Shown piece by piece: positions 11,051 to 20,864 of a stretch of 64,000 bases of DNA (the stretch's first letter is position 1; the number at the start of each line of letters is the position of its first letter). Location: positions 1-64,000 of the forward strand of contig JBDRRP010000075.1 in NCBI GenBank assembly GCA_043825735.1, given 5' to 3'. The notes below the pieces were generated by a model, which saw nothing but the letters and a program-made list of their open reading frames with translations, was not told the DNA's origin and did not search any database. A program made the position numbers and the translations under genes. Source of the DNA: Pseudomonadota bacterium (lineage in GTDB: Bacteria > Desulfobacterota > Desulfobacteria > Desulfobacterales > JBDRRP01).

Positions 11051-12505
11051 ATGATTGGCGGCAGCATTTCAGCGTTTATGTTAATGATCCTGCACATCCT
11101 CATTGTGGGCGCGCTGATCGTACGGGTGCTGCTGCGGCCCCATCGGGAAGCGGCATCGCGCATTGCCTGGATTGTGGTCATCACGGCCCTCCCGGTGCTC
11201 GGCATCCTGGCCTACCTGCTGCTGGGTGAAACCAACCTCGGCCGGCGACGCGTGGCACGATCGCGCGAAGTGCTCGCGCGGCTGCCGGATGTGGCTGCAG
11301 CGCCGGGGTGGGACGCCACCGACCTAAAGGCCGATGTGCCGCAACGGTATATGCATCTGTTTGAGGCCGCCAAATCCATTAACGGGTTCGACCCTGTCGG
11401 CGGCAACAGGGCACAATTATTGCCCGATTCGAATGCGACCATCGACAGGTTGGTGGCCGACATCGATGCCGCGAAAGAGCACGTCCACCTACTGTTCTAC
11501 ATCTGGCTGCCGGACAACAACGGCCGCAAGGTGGTCGAGGCGTTCAAGCGGGCGGCTGCCCGCGGCGTCACCTGCCGGGCCATGGCCGACAGCCTGGGCT
11601 CGCACGCCATGATCCGTTCGCAACACTGGAAAGCAATGCGCCAGGCGGGCGTCCGCCTGGCCGTAGCCTTGCCCATCGGCAATCCATTGCTGCGGCCGCT
11701 AAAGGGTCGCATCGACCTGCGCAACCACCGCAAGATCGTCGTCATCGACAATTTCATCACTTATTGCGGAAGCCAGAACTGCGCAGACCCTGAGTTCCGG
11801 GTCAAAGCCAAGTATGCCCCCTGGGTGGATGCCGTGATGCGCTTCGAAGGGCCGATCGCCCGTCAGAACCAGCACCTGTTCATTGGTGATTGGACGGCAG
11901 AAACCGGAGAAGAAATCAGCGCGTTGCTGAGGCAGCCGCTTCCGCAGACGCAGTCCGGATTTGCCGCCCAGGTTATCGGAACCGGACCGACCATACGGTA
12001 TTCCGCCATGCCCGAGATTTTCGAGACACTCATGTACACCGCCCGGCGCAAGCTTGTGATCTCGACCCCTTATTATGTTCCCGACGAGGCCATGCAAGCC
12101 GGGTTGTGTGCGAGTGCCCGCCGCGGGGTCGATACGACCATCATTTTTCCGGCGAAAAACGACTCATGGATCGTCGGTGCGGCCAGCCGCAGCTATTATG
12201 CCGATCTGCTCGCGGCCGGCGTCAAGATCTTCGAATACATCGGCGGATTGCTGCACACCAAATCGCTCACTCTCGACGACGATATCACCCTGATCGGTTC
12301 GGCCAACATGGACCGCCGAAGTTTCGAACTCAACTACGAGAACAACATCCTGCTCTGCGATCGGGCGCTCACGGCCGCCATGAAAGCGCGGCAGGAAGTC
12401 TACATCGCCAGCGCCAGACCGGTCAGCCGCGAAATGGTGGCCAGCTGGACATGGCAGCATCGACTGGGTAACAACGCCGTTGCCATGCTCGGACCGGTGC
12501 TGTGA
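11051..12505 (+). CDS. cls: Cardiolipin synthase (PLD family)
   Basis: Two N-terminal TM helices; two HKD motifs (HRKIVVID, HTKSLTLD..GSANMD). Confidence 0.92.
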   Translation: MIGGSISAFMLMILHILIVGALIVRVLLRPHREAASRIAWIVVITALPVLGILAYLLLGETNLGRRRVARSREVLARLPDVAAAPGWDATDLKADVPQRYMHLFEAAKSINGFDPVGGNRAQLLPDSNATIDRLVADIDAAKEHVHLLFYIWLPDNNGRKVVEAFKRAAARGVTCRAMADSLGSHAMIRSQHWKAMRQAGVRLAVALPIGNPLLRPLKGRIDLRNHRKIVVIDNFITYCGSQNCADPEFRVKAKYAPWVDAVMRFEGPIARQNQHLFIGDWTAETGEEISALLRQPLPQTQSGFAAQVIGTGPTIRYSAMPEIFETLMYTARRKLVISTPYYVPDEAMQAGLCASARRGVDTTIIFPAKNDSWIVGAASRSYYADLLAAGVKIFEYIGGLLHTKSLTLDDDITLIGSANMDRRSFELNYENNILLCDRALTAAMKARQEVYIASARPVSREMVASWTWQHRLGNNAVAMLGPVL

Positions 12506-12550
12506 ACAAAGCAGAATACGCTGATCGACCGCGGCATCTTAGGAGAGGCA

Positions 12551-14461
12551 ATGGTACACTTAGTGCGTCAGCACCGGCGACGGATCGCAGCGCTCATTCT
12601 CTTCGTTGCGGCCTTTTCCGGCTGCACCCTGATACACCTGAAACAGGAATTCGACGCCATCATCGACACCACGGTGATCGTCGGCTGGGTCGATGTCCGG
12701 TGCCCGGCGGATGGGCCGATCATCGTCGCGGCCCGCGCCCAACGCCCGGGCCGGCCCATCGCCCATTACACGGTACTCCACGAGTCCGGCGAGTACGAGC
12801 TCGTGGTGCCCAGCGGCAATTACGAGGTCTTCGCGTTTGTGGACGGCAACCAAAACCTGATTTTGGATGCCGGTGAGGCGGCCGGCCAGTTCGGCGGATC
12901 GTCCGTGGTCCATACCCCCGACGTGGGCGTCGTGCCCGACATCGATATCGTTGTCACCGAATCCGGAAACCCGATAGCGGTGCCCCCCGGGACGACGATA
13001 TCCCCGGACCGCCCCCTGCGGCTTTCCAGCCGGCAGGCGGGCGCCGTTACGGACCTGGATGACCCGCGGTTTTCCGAAGACAACGGCGCCAAGGGCTTTT
13101 GGGCGCCTATGGCATTCTTCCGGGAATTTGGCGGCAACATCTTTTTCCTCGAACCCTACGATCCTGACAAGACGCCGGTGTTGTTCATTCACGGCGCCGG
13201 AGGAACGCCCCGGGGGTGGCGGTATCTCGTCGAGCACATGGACCGCACGCGGTTCCAGCCCTGGTTCTATTACTACCCCAGCGGGGCCCGGATCGACAGC
13301 ATGGCCAACCTGTTGTTCTGGAAGCTGTTCAGCCTGCAGCGGAAATACCATTTCGGCCGCATCGATGTGACGGCGCACAGCATGGGCGGGCTGGTGGCCC
13401 GATCGTTTATCGTCAACTACGGCCCCCAGATGCCCGTCACAGATCTGTTCATATCGCTGGCCACGCCCTGGGGCGGCGATCCCATGGCCGAATACGGGGT
13501 CCGGCAGTCGCCGGTGGTCATCCCCAGCTGGATCGACATGCAACCGGGCAGTGATTTCATCAAATCCCTGTACCGAAGAAAACTTCCCGAATCGGTCAGC
13601 TTCTATATGTTCTACGGATACCGGGGCGACCGCAGCCCCTTTCGATCCAACAACGACGGCACCATCGTCCTGAACAGCCTGCTGGACGACCGGCCGCAGT
13701 CGGAGGCCAAGATGAATTACGCCTTTGCCGAGGACCATACCAGCCTGCTGTCCAGCCCCAGGGTGGCGGTCCAGTACAACGCCGTCCTGAATGCGGGCAG
13801 CGGCCCCGGGACCGACGCCCGTCGCCGGCCGGAAGGCCACGTCCGGGTGCACTGCGCATATACCTACGATGTCGACGGCGTCCGGCCCGGGCAGGCGCTC
13901 ATCCTTCGTCCCGCCGATCAGCCGGATGCCCAAATCCTCACCCTGTTCAGCGCCGACGACAACGGGGGCATCGTGGGCCCGTTCCCGGCCGGCGACTATC
14001 TGGCCGACATGGCCGTTTCGGGCGGCAAGACCCGGCGAAACGGCGTCCCGGTCACGGTGACGGACGGAGAGACGGCGGCGCTGGAATTCATCGTCGTACC
14101 CGACGGGGAGATCATCGGCTGTGTGACGGCGCCGCTGAGCCCCGAAGATCGCTCCATCGGCATGCCCGATTACCGATACCGGGCGGTGGATCGAAGCATC
14201 GTTATAAAATCCGTCGCGCTCGCCGGCGAGGGGATCCGCCGACGGCCGGATCCGGTGACCGGAGAAGAGATCACCGATTACGACTACCTCATCGCCCGAA
14301 ACGATTTCTGCTACAATCAGTGCTTCGGCTTTTTCGGGCTGCCGGCCGGAGACTACTCGCTGACGATCCTGGCCGCCGGATACCGGCCGTTGGAAAAGCG
14401 CTACTCGGTCACGCCCGGAACACCGCAAGCGTTCCGGACGACCGAGTTGATGCCGGAGTGA
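12551..14461 (+). CDS. Alpha/beta-hydrolase (lipase/esterase-like) lipoprotein with beta-sandwich accessory domains
   Basis: Lipobox FSGC; FIHGAGG oxyanion region; AHSMGG nucleophile elbow; NDG and DH candidate catalytic residues. Confidence 0.7.
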   Translation: MVHLVRQHRRRIAALILFVAAFSGCTLIHLKQEFDAIIDTTVIVGWVDVRCPADGPIIVAARAQRPGRPIAHYTVLHESGEYELVVPSGNYEVFAFVDGNQNLILDAGEAAGQFGGSSVVHTPDVGVVPDIDIVVTESGNPIAVPPGTTISPDRPLRLSSRQAGAVTDLDDPRFSEDNGAKGFWAPMAFFREFGGNIFFLEPYDPDKTPVLFIHGAGGTPRGWRYLVEHMDRTRFQPWFYYYPSGARIDSMANLLFWKLFSLQRKYHFGRIDVTAHSMGGLVARSFIVNYGPQMPVTDLFISLATPWGGDPMAEYGVRQSPVVIPSWIDMQPGSDFIKSLYRRKLPESVSFYMFYGYRGDRSPFRSNNDGTIVLNSLLDDRPQSEAKMNYAFAEDHTSLLSSPRVAVQYNAVLNAGSGPGTDARRRPEGHVRVHCAYTYDVDGVRPGQALILRPADQPDAQILTLFSADDNGGIVGPFPAGDYLADMAVSGGKTRRNGVPVTVTDGETAALEFIVVPDGEIIGCVTAPLSPEDRSIGMPDYRYRAVDRSIVIKSVALAGEGIRRRPDPVTGEEITDYDYLIARNDFCYNQCFGFFGLPAGDYSLTILAAGYRPLEKRYSVTPGTPQAFRTTELMPE

Positions 14462-14784
14462 TCCGAAGGAGACGGTCGGCAAACCGAAAGCAATGCGAAA
14501 GCAATGGGGTCACCCATTAAATATTGAGCGGCGAAGTTGTTCAACCTCACGATTAAGCCTTTTTTCGGTGTTTAACCGGGCGACGATTTTTCTGCTAACC
14601 ATAAAAACGCTTTCTTGACCCATTTCTCGAAATCTGCAGACCCGACAAGATAGATCGGATCGCAGATCATGTCATCCGGGCTGGTCTGACGTTGATAACC
14701 TTCTGCGTATGAGACAGGGGCTTCTATCGAAGGGGCGTGTATCCTCGGGGCGGGCGCTCCAGTGGGTCTCTGCCCAATGTGATG

Positions 14785-14913
14785 TTGAACCACGAAGTTC
14801 ACGAAGAAAACCCTAAAAGCAATTCGATTTAAAAATTTACGTAGTACTTAGCGTCTCCGCGCCTCTGCGCGAGAACATCTTTTTGGGTTAAAAAACATCC
14901 GTGTGCTCCGTGG
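14785..14913. repeat. Degenerate half-copies of the 9-bp-unit palindromic repeats
   Basis: AACCACGAAGTTCACGAAG (as at 45721) and CTTAGCGTCTCCGCGCCTCTGCGCGAGA (as at 60178-60205). Confidence 0.65.
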
Positions 14914-15149
14914 ACGCCTCTGTGATGTCATTTTTCCTGATTCCAATGGCTCCCGGCTATAGCTTGAGCTTCCTGGATAAGCGGTATCTTTTTTTTGAGA
15001 TAGGTTTTAGCGTAATGAATCATAAACGCGCCGATTTTCCACTGATATCTGTATTTTATGAAAATTTTTAATAAAACAACCTTGTTATAAATGAAATTTC
15101 ATCTAAAAACACATTTGACTTTTCGGAACATAAAGATATCCTATGTAGC

Positions 15150-16481
15150 ATGAAACGAACCATCGATCCGATTTTAGATCAATGGAAAAGCAGCCGCATC
15201 CGCCAGCCGCTCCTGATCAGGGGTGCTCGGCAAGTCGGCAAGACCCGCTCGGTCACGGATTTTGGAAATCGTGCGTTCGGAAATATCGTAACGGTAAATT
15301 TTGAAGAGCGCCCCGAATTGAGTCGCTGCTTTTCAGATTTTGATCCCAAGGCCATCATTGACCGCCTGTCCATTTTGACGCGTGAAACCATCCGGCCAGG
15401 GCAAACGCTGCTGTTTCTGGATGAAATCCAGGAGTGTCCGCGTGCGATTACCGCCTTGCGCTATTTTGATGAAAAACTGCACGAGCTGCATGTGATCGGT
15501 GCGGGATCTCTGGTTGAATTCGCTCTGCGCGCCGAAGGTTTCCGAATGCCTGTCGGCCGTGTGCAAAGCGTGTACATGGTTCCGATGTCATTTGAAGAAT
15601 TCCTCATCGCCATCGGTGAAGGGCGTATAGCTGAGCATCTTGGCACCGTTGATCTGAACACGGGTATTGAACCTGTCATTTCGGAAAGACTCGATCAGTT
15701 GTTTCGGCAGTACCTGCTTGTCGGCGGGATGCCCAGGGTTGTTGATGCTTTTCGAAGAAAAGTGCTGATAGACGAATTGCAGAGACTGCAATCCGGACTC
15801 ATGCGGACATGCTCGGATGATTTCGCCAAATATGCGGCCACTGCCAAGCATAAGTATCTGAAAGAAGTGTATGCCAATGCGCCGCGGATGGTCGGCAAAC
15901 GGTATAAGTATTCGCAGGTCAATCCCAGCATTGAATCCAAATTTCTCAAAGAAGCACTCGAACTGCTGAGCGATGCAAGAATTTTGCTCAAAATATGCCA
16001 TGCATCCGGTGCGGGAGTGCCGCTGCTATCAACGACGAACGAACGCAGGTTCAAAATTGCGTTCCTCGATGTCGGCCTGATGCAAAATGCGCTGGACATT
16101 CAGTCAGCGATTGTTACCGATGACGTCGTCATGCAGATCAACGCCGGCGGTATTGCGGAACAAGTCGTCGCCCAGGAACTCCTCGCGGCTGCAGACCCTT
16201 ACGTGGATAAAAAACTCCATTTCTGGGCTCGTGAAGCACGAGGCAGTAATGCCGAGGTAGACTTTCTCATCGACATCGACAGCATGCCGATACCTGTCGA
16301 GGTGAAATCCGGAGCCAGGGGTTCTCTCAAAAGCATGAGGCTTTTTTTAAGGGAATATCCCCAAACACCGCTTGGCATTAGATATTCCATGCATGAGCTG
16401 TCATATTATGACCAAATCCTGTCGATTCCGTTGACCATGATCGGCCAGACGCAGCGATTGGTCCGTAGCTGCAGGGCATAA
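15150..16481 (+). CDS. AAA_14 ATPase with DUF4143 C-terminal domain
   Basis: Walker A GARQVGKT, Walker B LFLDEIQ, GGMP, C-terminal EVDFL...PVEVKSG. Confidence 0.85.
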   Translation: MKRTIDPILDQWKSSRIRQPLLIRGARQVGKTRSVTDFGNRAFGNIVTVNFEERPELSRCFSDFDPKAIIDRLSILTRETIRPGQTLLFLDEIQECPRAITALRYFDEKLHELHVIGAGSLVEFALRAEGFRMPVGRVQSVYMVPMSFEEFLIAIGEGRIAEHLGTVDLNTGIEPVISERLDQLFRQYLLVGGMPRVVDAFRRKVLIDELQRLQSGLMRTCSDDFAKYAATAKHKYLKEVYANAPRMVGKRYKYSQVNPSIESKFLKEALELLSDARILLKICHASGAGVPLLSTTNERRFKIAFLDVGLMQNALDIQSAIVTDDVVMQINAGGIAEQVVAQELLAAADPYVDKKLHFWAREARGSNAEVDFLIDIDSMPIPVEVKSGARGSLKSMRLFLREYPQTPLGIRYSMHELSYYDQILSIPLTMIGQTQRLVRSCRA

Positions 16482-16714
16482 AGACATCGGCACTTATAGC
16501 ATTTGTCAGAATAATGTTTCGTTTCATCCCGGGACCCTCTCGGGGTCGGGATCGATATCGATTGTTTTTACGACCGATAGCGATTTCGATTAACACCCGG
16601 CGGCGTTGTTTAAAACGGAACGTTTTTATGACCATGGCGCTATGCCTGAAAAAGCATTGGATTTTGATTTCTTGATGCCGTGTAACGCGTCTGCCCCCAT
16701 GCCTGTCAATTCCA

Positions 16715-16754
16715 GAAAAAAGGGGCACCCGCCGCTGCGGGTGCCCCTTTCTTT
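16715..16754. terminator. Bidirectional rho-independent terminator
   Basis: AAAAAAGGGGCACCCGC-CGCT-GCGGGTGCCCCTTTCTTT downstream of nfnB. Confidence 0.85.
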
Positions 16755-16778
16755 ATTCTGAGACTGAAGTCGAAAGCC

Positions 16779-18191
16779 CTACCAGCCCAGCGTCAAATAC
16801 TCGTGGATGGAATCGGCGGCCTTGCGGCCGGCGCCCATGGCCAGGATAACGGTGGCAGCGCCCGTGACGATATCACCACCGGCCCACACGCCCTTTTTCG
16901 TGGTCTTGCCGTTTTTCTCGTCGGCAACGATGTAGCCCCACTTGTTGAGCTGCATGTCCGGGGTGTCACTGGTGAGCAGCGGGTTGGCGCCGGAGCCCAC
17001 GGCCACGATGCACAGATCGCACGTCAGTTCGAACTCGGAGCCCTTGATCGGCACAGGCCGTCGGCGGCCCGAGGCATCCGGCTCGCCGAGTTCCATCTTG
17101 AGGCACTGCATGCCGGTGAGCCGTCCCTTGTCGTTGCCGATGTATTTGACGGGATTGGTGAGCAGGAAAAATTCGATCCCCTCCTCCTCGGCGTGATGGA
17201 TTTCCGCGCCGCGTGCGGGCATTTCGGTGCGCGAGCGGCGGTAGACGATCTTCACGCTCTCTGCGCCCAGCCGCATGGCGGTTCGCGCGGAGTCCATGGC
17301 CACGTTGCCCGCGCCCAGAACCACCACGTTTTTTCCCATGGGAATGGGCGTGTCCACGTCGGGGAACTTGTAGGCCTTCATGAGGTTGGCCCGGGTAAGG
17401 TATTCGTTGGCCGAGAGGATCCCCACCAGGTTCTCACCGGGGATGTTCATGAACCGCGGCAACCCGGCGCCGACGCCCACGTAGATGGCATCGTAGCCCG
17501 CTTCGAAGAGCTCATCCAGTGTCACGGTGCGGCCCACCACCTGATTGACCTTCACTTCCGCGCCGAGACGCTCGAGGAAATTGACTTCCTGGGCCACGAT
17601 GGCCTTGGGCAGCCTAAACTCGGGAATGCCATAGACCAGCACGCCGCCGGCTTTGTGGAAGGCTTCCAGCACCGTCACGTCGTGGCCTTTCTGGATGAGA
17701 TCGCCGGCCACAGTGAGCCCGGATGGACCGGATCCCACCACCGCAACCTTCTTGCCGGTCTTGGCCTTCACCGGGGGCAGTTCTCCGGTGCCGTGCTCGC
17801 GCTCGTAGTCCGCGCAGAACCGCTCCAGGTTGCCGATAGCCACGGGCTCGCCCTTTTTGCCGACGATGCATTTGCCTTCACACTGGATCTCCTGGGGACA
17901 CACGCGACCGCAGACGGCGGGCAGCGCGTTTCTGCTCCACAGGTTCCGGATGGCGCCGGTGAAATCGCCCTGGGTGATCAGATTGATGAATCCGGGGATG
18001 TCCACGTTCACCGGGCAGCCCTCCACACAGCCGGGCTTGCGGCACTGCAGGCAGCGGGCGGCCTCCTGCTGGGCCATCGCCACAGTGAGACCGGTGGGCA
18101 CTTCGAGAAAATTGCGCCGCCGCACCTCGGGTGCCTGCTCGGGCATGGGCACCCGGGCGTCTTCTTTCTTTTTTTTGGGTTTGTCCGTCAT
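16779..18191 (-). CDS. nfnB: NfnB/SudA large subunit of NADH-dependent reduced ferredoxin:NADP+ oxidoreductase (GltD-like fold)
   Basis: CLQC..C...CP and CGRVCP...CE..C Fe-S motifs; GSGPSG and GAGNVA dinucleotide folds; directly downstream of an NfnA-type gene. Confidence 0.85.
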   Translation of the reverse strand: MTDKPKKKKEDARVPMPEQAPEVRRRNFLEVPTGLTVAMAQQEAARCLQCRKPGCVEGCPVNVDIPGFINLITQGDFTGAIRNLWSRNALPAVCGRVCPQEIQCEGKCIVGKKGEPVAIGNLERFCADYEREHGTGELPPVKAKTGKKVAVVGSGPSGLTVAGDLIQKGHDVTVLEAFHKAGGVLVYGIPEFRLPKAIVAQEVNFLERLGAEVKVNQVVGRTVTLDELFEAGYDAIYVGVGAGLPRFMNIPGENLVGILSANEYLTRANLMKAYKFPDVDTPIPMGKNVVVLGAGNVAMDSARTAMRLGAESVKIVYRRSRTEMPARGAEIHHAEEEGIEFFLLTNPVKYIGNDKGRLTGMQCLKMELGEPDASGRRRPVPIKGSEFELTCDLCIVAVGSGANPLLTSDTPDMQLNKWGYIVADEKNGKTTKKGVWAGGDIVTGAATVILAMGAGRKAADSIHEYLTLGW

Positions 18192-18271
18192 ATGTCCTCC
18201 AAATGGATGAAATCAGTACAAAGTTGCCCCGCATCGTTCGTCTTGAATCAATCGGCCGCAATATTAGCGAA

Positions 18272-18449
18272 ATGTCCATCCAGAAAGGGTAGGTTTCGGT
18301 TCCTGGCACTTGTCCGCCATAGCCTTGGTCTTGGCGACGGCGGAAGGCCCGAGCGATTTTGCAACCGCAGGCATAGTTTTCCTATGTCGAGGATTGCAAA
18401 GAGCGAGAACGCCGCCAGGGGCCGAAAGATGCCGTTTCTGGTTGGACAT
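18272..18449 (-). mobile_element. MITE-like repeat (GTGTCC family) between nfnA and nfnB
   Basis: Inverted ends ATGTCCATCCAGAAAGGG / CCGTTTCTGGTTGGACAT; reverse complement aligns with 51475-51616; carries an extra internal hairpin TCCGCCATAGCC..GGCGACGGCGGA. Confidence 0.7.
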
Positions 18450-19285
18450 CACACGGCGTCCCGGATCGTGCAGTAGTCGTTGAAGCATTTCTTCTCGTCT
18501 TCGCAGTAGGCCTGAAGCCGAAGCATCAGCTCGTCGTAATCCACCGCATGGCCGTCGAACTCGGGGCCGTCCACGCAGGCGAACTTGGTCTCACCGCCCA
18601 CCGACACACGGCAGCCGCCGCACATGCCGGTGCCGTCCACCATGATGGGGTTGAGGCTCACCATCGTCGGCACATTGAACTCCTTGGTCATCTTGGAGCA
18701 GAACTTCATCATGGGTACGGGCCCGATGGCCACCGCCAGCTTCACGTCGCCGGCTTCCAGAACCTTTTTAAGCACTTCCGTGACAAATCCGTGATGGCCG
18801 TAAGAGCCGTCATCGGTGCACACGTGAAGTTCGGTTGACGCCCCTTTCATCTGGTCCTCCAAAATCAGCAGCCCTTTGTTGCGAGCGCCGATAATGGCCA
18901 CGACCTCGTTTCCAATCTCCTTTAAGGCCCGGGTGATGGGGTGAAGCACAGCCACGCCGGTGCCGCCGCCCACACAGACCACCTTGCCGACCTTCTCCAG
19001 ATGGGTGGCTTTGCCCAGCGGGCCGATCACGTCCTGATAGCCGTCTCCCACCTTCAGATCCCTGAACAGTGCCGTGGATTTGCCCACCACCATGTAAATG
19101 ATGGTGATGGTCCCCTTTTCGGCATCGGTGTCGGCCATGGTCAGGGGGATGCGCTCCCCATCCTCGGTGGCCTTCAGGATGACGAACTGGCCGGGCTTGG
19201 CCTTTTTGGCGATCAACGGCGCCTCGATTTCATTGAGGATCACCGTCCCTTCAGCCATCTCCTCCCGTTTAACGATTGTGAACAT
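18449..19285 (-). CDS. nfnA: NfnA/SudB small subunit (FAD/NAD-binding, [2Fe-2S])
   Basis: ERIPLT, GGGTG and MVDGTGMCGGCRV...CVDGP (Asp plus three Cys 2Fe-2S ligation typical of NfnA). Confidence 0.88.
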   Translation of the reverse strand: MFTIVKREEMAEGTVILNEIEAPLIAKKAKPGQFVILKATEDGERIPLTMADTDAEKGTITIIYMVVGKSTALFRDLKVGDGYQDVIGPLGKATHLEKVGKVVCVGGGTGVAVLHPITRALKEIGNEVVAIIGARNKGLLILEDQMKGASTELHVCTDDGSYGHHGFVTEVLKKVLEAGDVKLAVAIGPVPMMKFCSKMTKEFNVPTMVSLNPIMVDGTGMCGGCRVSVGGETKFACVDGPEFDGHAVDYDELMLRLQAYCEDEKKCFNDYCTIRDAV

Positions 19286-19517
19286 TGATACCTCCAGACA
19301 GGTTGATGATATGCCATTGGGGCCGAAAGAACCTTTCGTCCCCTATTCTATCGCAGCGTTATTCACTGTGCTTCCCAGGCGCGGCTGTTGAGCGGCGTAA
19401 GTTGTCGCAATAAGCATATACTCATTATTTTATCAAGCGGTATGTTGCCATCTGCGGTAATGAATGGTAGATCCGCCTGCAAACCCGCTAAAGGCAACAC
19501 ATTGCACAGGACGATCC

Positions 19518-20303
19518 ATGCAAATCTATGACAGCCATTGCCATCTGGACGATGTGTCCTACGAAAAAGATATGACTTCGGTCCTCAGCCGCATGCGCGA
19601 AAACGGCGTTCAGGCGGCCATGATCGCCGGCATCAACCGCACGAGCGTGGCGCGGGCGCTTGCACTGGCCGAGCGCCACCCCGGACTCGTCGTGTCGGTT
19701 GGCATCCACCCGCACGATGTCGCCAACTGCACTGAGACGGACTTGACCGCGATGGCCGCGACGGCGGCCCATCCCAAGGTGCGGGCCTGGGGAGAAATCG
19801 GTCTTGATTTCAACCGCATGTATTCCCCGCGCGATGTCCAGGAGCGGATGCTCATCGCGCAGCTTGATCTGGCTGATGCACTGAATCTGCCGCTGATCTT
19901 TCACGAACGTGACAGCGACGGGCGCCTCATCGCCCTGCTCGAGACCCATCCCAAACCGGGCCGGCGCGGAGTGATCCACTGCTTCAGCGGTACCCGCCAT
20001 GAAATGGACACCTATCTGGGCATGGGGTTTCATATCGGCATCACCGGCATCATCACCCACAAGCAGCGGGGCGCCCAGCTTCGCGAGCAACTGCCGCACA
20101 TCCCTGCCGACCGCATCCTGGTGGAAACCGATGCCCCCTACCTCACCCCCACGCCCGAGCGCAACACGCACCGGCGCAACGAACCGGCTTTTGTCAAAAC
20201 GGTCCTGCTGAAAGTGGCCGAGGTCCGGGGAGAATCGGCAGAGGCCCTGGCGGCCGTCATTTGGGAAAATACCTGTGGGCTGTTCGGCGGTTATCCCGGA
20301 TAG
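19518..20303 (+). CDS. tatD: TatD family metallo-hydrolase/DNase
   Basis: DSHCH, GIHPH, GEIGLD, HCFSG, ETDAPY motifs. Confidence 0.92.
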   Translation: MQIYDSHCHLDDVSYEKDMTSVLSRMRENGVQAAMIAGINRTSVARALALAERHPGLVVSVGIHPHDVANCTETDLTAMAATAAHPKVRAWGEIGLDFNRMYSPRDVQERMLIAQLDLADALNLPLIFHERDSDGRLIALLETHPKPGRRGVIHCFSGTRHEMDTYLGMGFHIGITGIITHKQRGAQLREQLPHIPADRILVETDAPYLTPTPERNTHRRNEPAFVKTVLLKVAEVRGESAEALAAVIWENTCGLFGGYPG

Positions 20304-20659
20304 TCAGAAAGGGTGTCGCGCACAAAAGCGGCGACGGCGGGATCGATGTCCTTGCTGAGCGCCTCGAAAGCGGCGCCGAGGGCACAAGGGTCGAAACAGC
20401 CGTCGGGCAGCAGAATGGGGGTTCCTTTTCGGGCAAACTTATCGGGCCGCTCACCGTCGTCCACCCGGTGGTGGTAGAAGCCGGAATCCCGCCACCAGGT
20501 CATGGCGTGGGGGTCCATGGGACGGTCGTAGACGATCTGGAACCCCACGATGGCGCCCCCCGGATCGAACCAGACCGTCAGATCCATATCCTTGTCGAAG
20601 AACCAGCGACGCCGGTATTCGCCGGGCGCCTGGCTTACATTTTTAATTTCATTCAACAT
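20291..20659 (-). CDS. Hypothetical protein
   Basis: 122-aa ORF with protein-like composition (RRRWFFD..DLTVW), convergent on tatD. Confidence 0.6.
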   Translation of the reverse strand: MLNEIKNVSQAPGEYRRRWFFDKDMDLTVWFDPGGAIVGFQIVYDRPMDPHAMTWWRDSGFYHHRVDDGERPDKFARKGTPILLPDGCFDPCALGAAFEALSKDIDPAVAAFVRDTLSDYPG

Positions 20660-20716
20660 ATCGAAATGGATGATGGCCGTCGCACAGCCAGGCCGGTTGA
20701 TCGAAGATCAAACTTC

Positions 20717-20835
20717 GGTGAATCCGTAAAAAGGCGATTTTGAACCACAGAGACCACGGAGGCCACAGAGAATATGATGAATAATCTCTGCGCTCTCTGC
20801 GTCCTCTGTGGTGACTGCAGACTTTTTACACAGCC
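20717..20835. repeat. Composite palindromic repeat
   Basis: Outer CCGTAAAAAG / ACTTTTTAC arms enclosing an ACCACAGAG..CTCTGTGGT 9-bp-unit palindrome. Confidence 0.8.
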
Positions 20836-20864
20836 AATGCGGGTGATCTGGTGCATCGCCGGCC

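Noticed and set aside
12560..14482. 640-aa minus-strand ORF (likewise 16803-18476, 38906-40492, 44302-45558, 9406-10731)
   Set aside because: Antisense shadows of well-supported genes in high-GC DNA, with no recognisable motifs
14572..14802. 76-aa ORF vaguely resembling a transposase C-terminal remnant
   Set aside because: Starts inside a repeat, has no catalytic motif, and the resemblance cannot be supported without a search
16779..18191. Glutamate synthase small subunit
   Set aside because: No gltB; paired with an NfnA-type gene carrying the DGTGMCGGC motif
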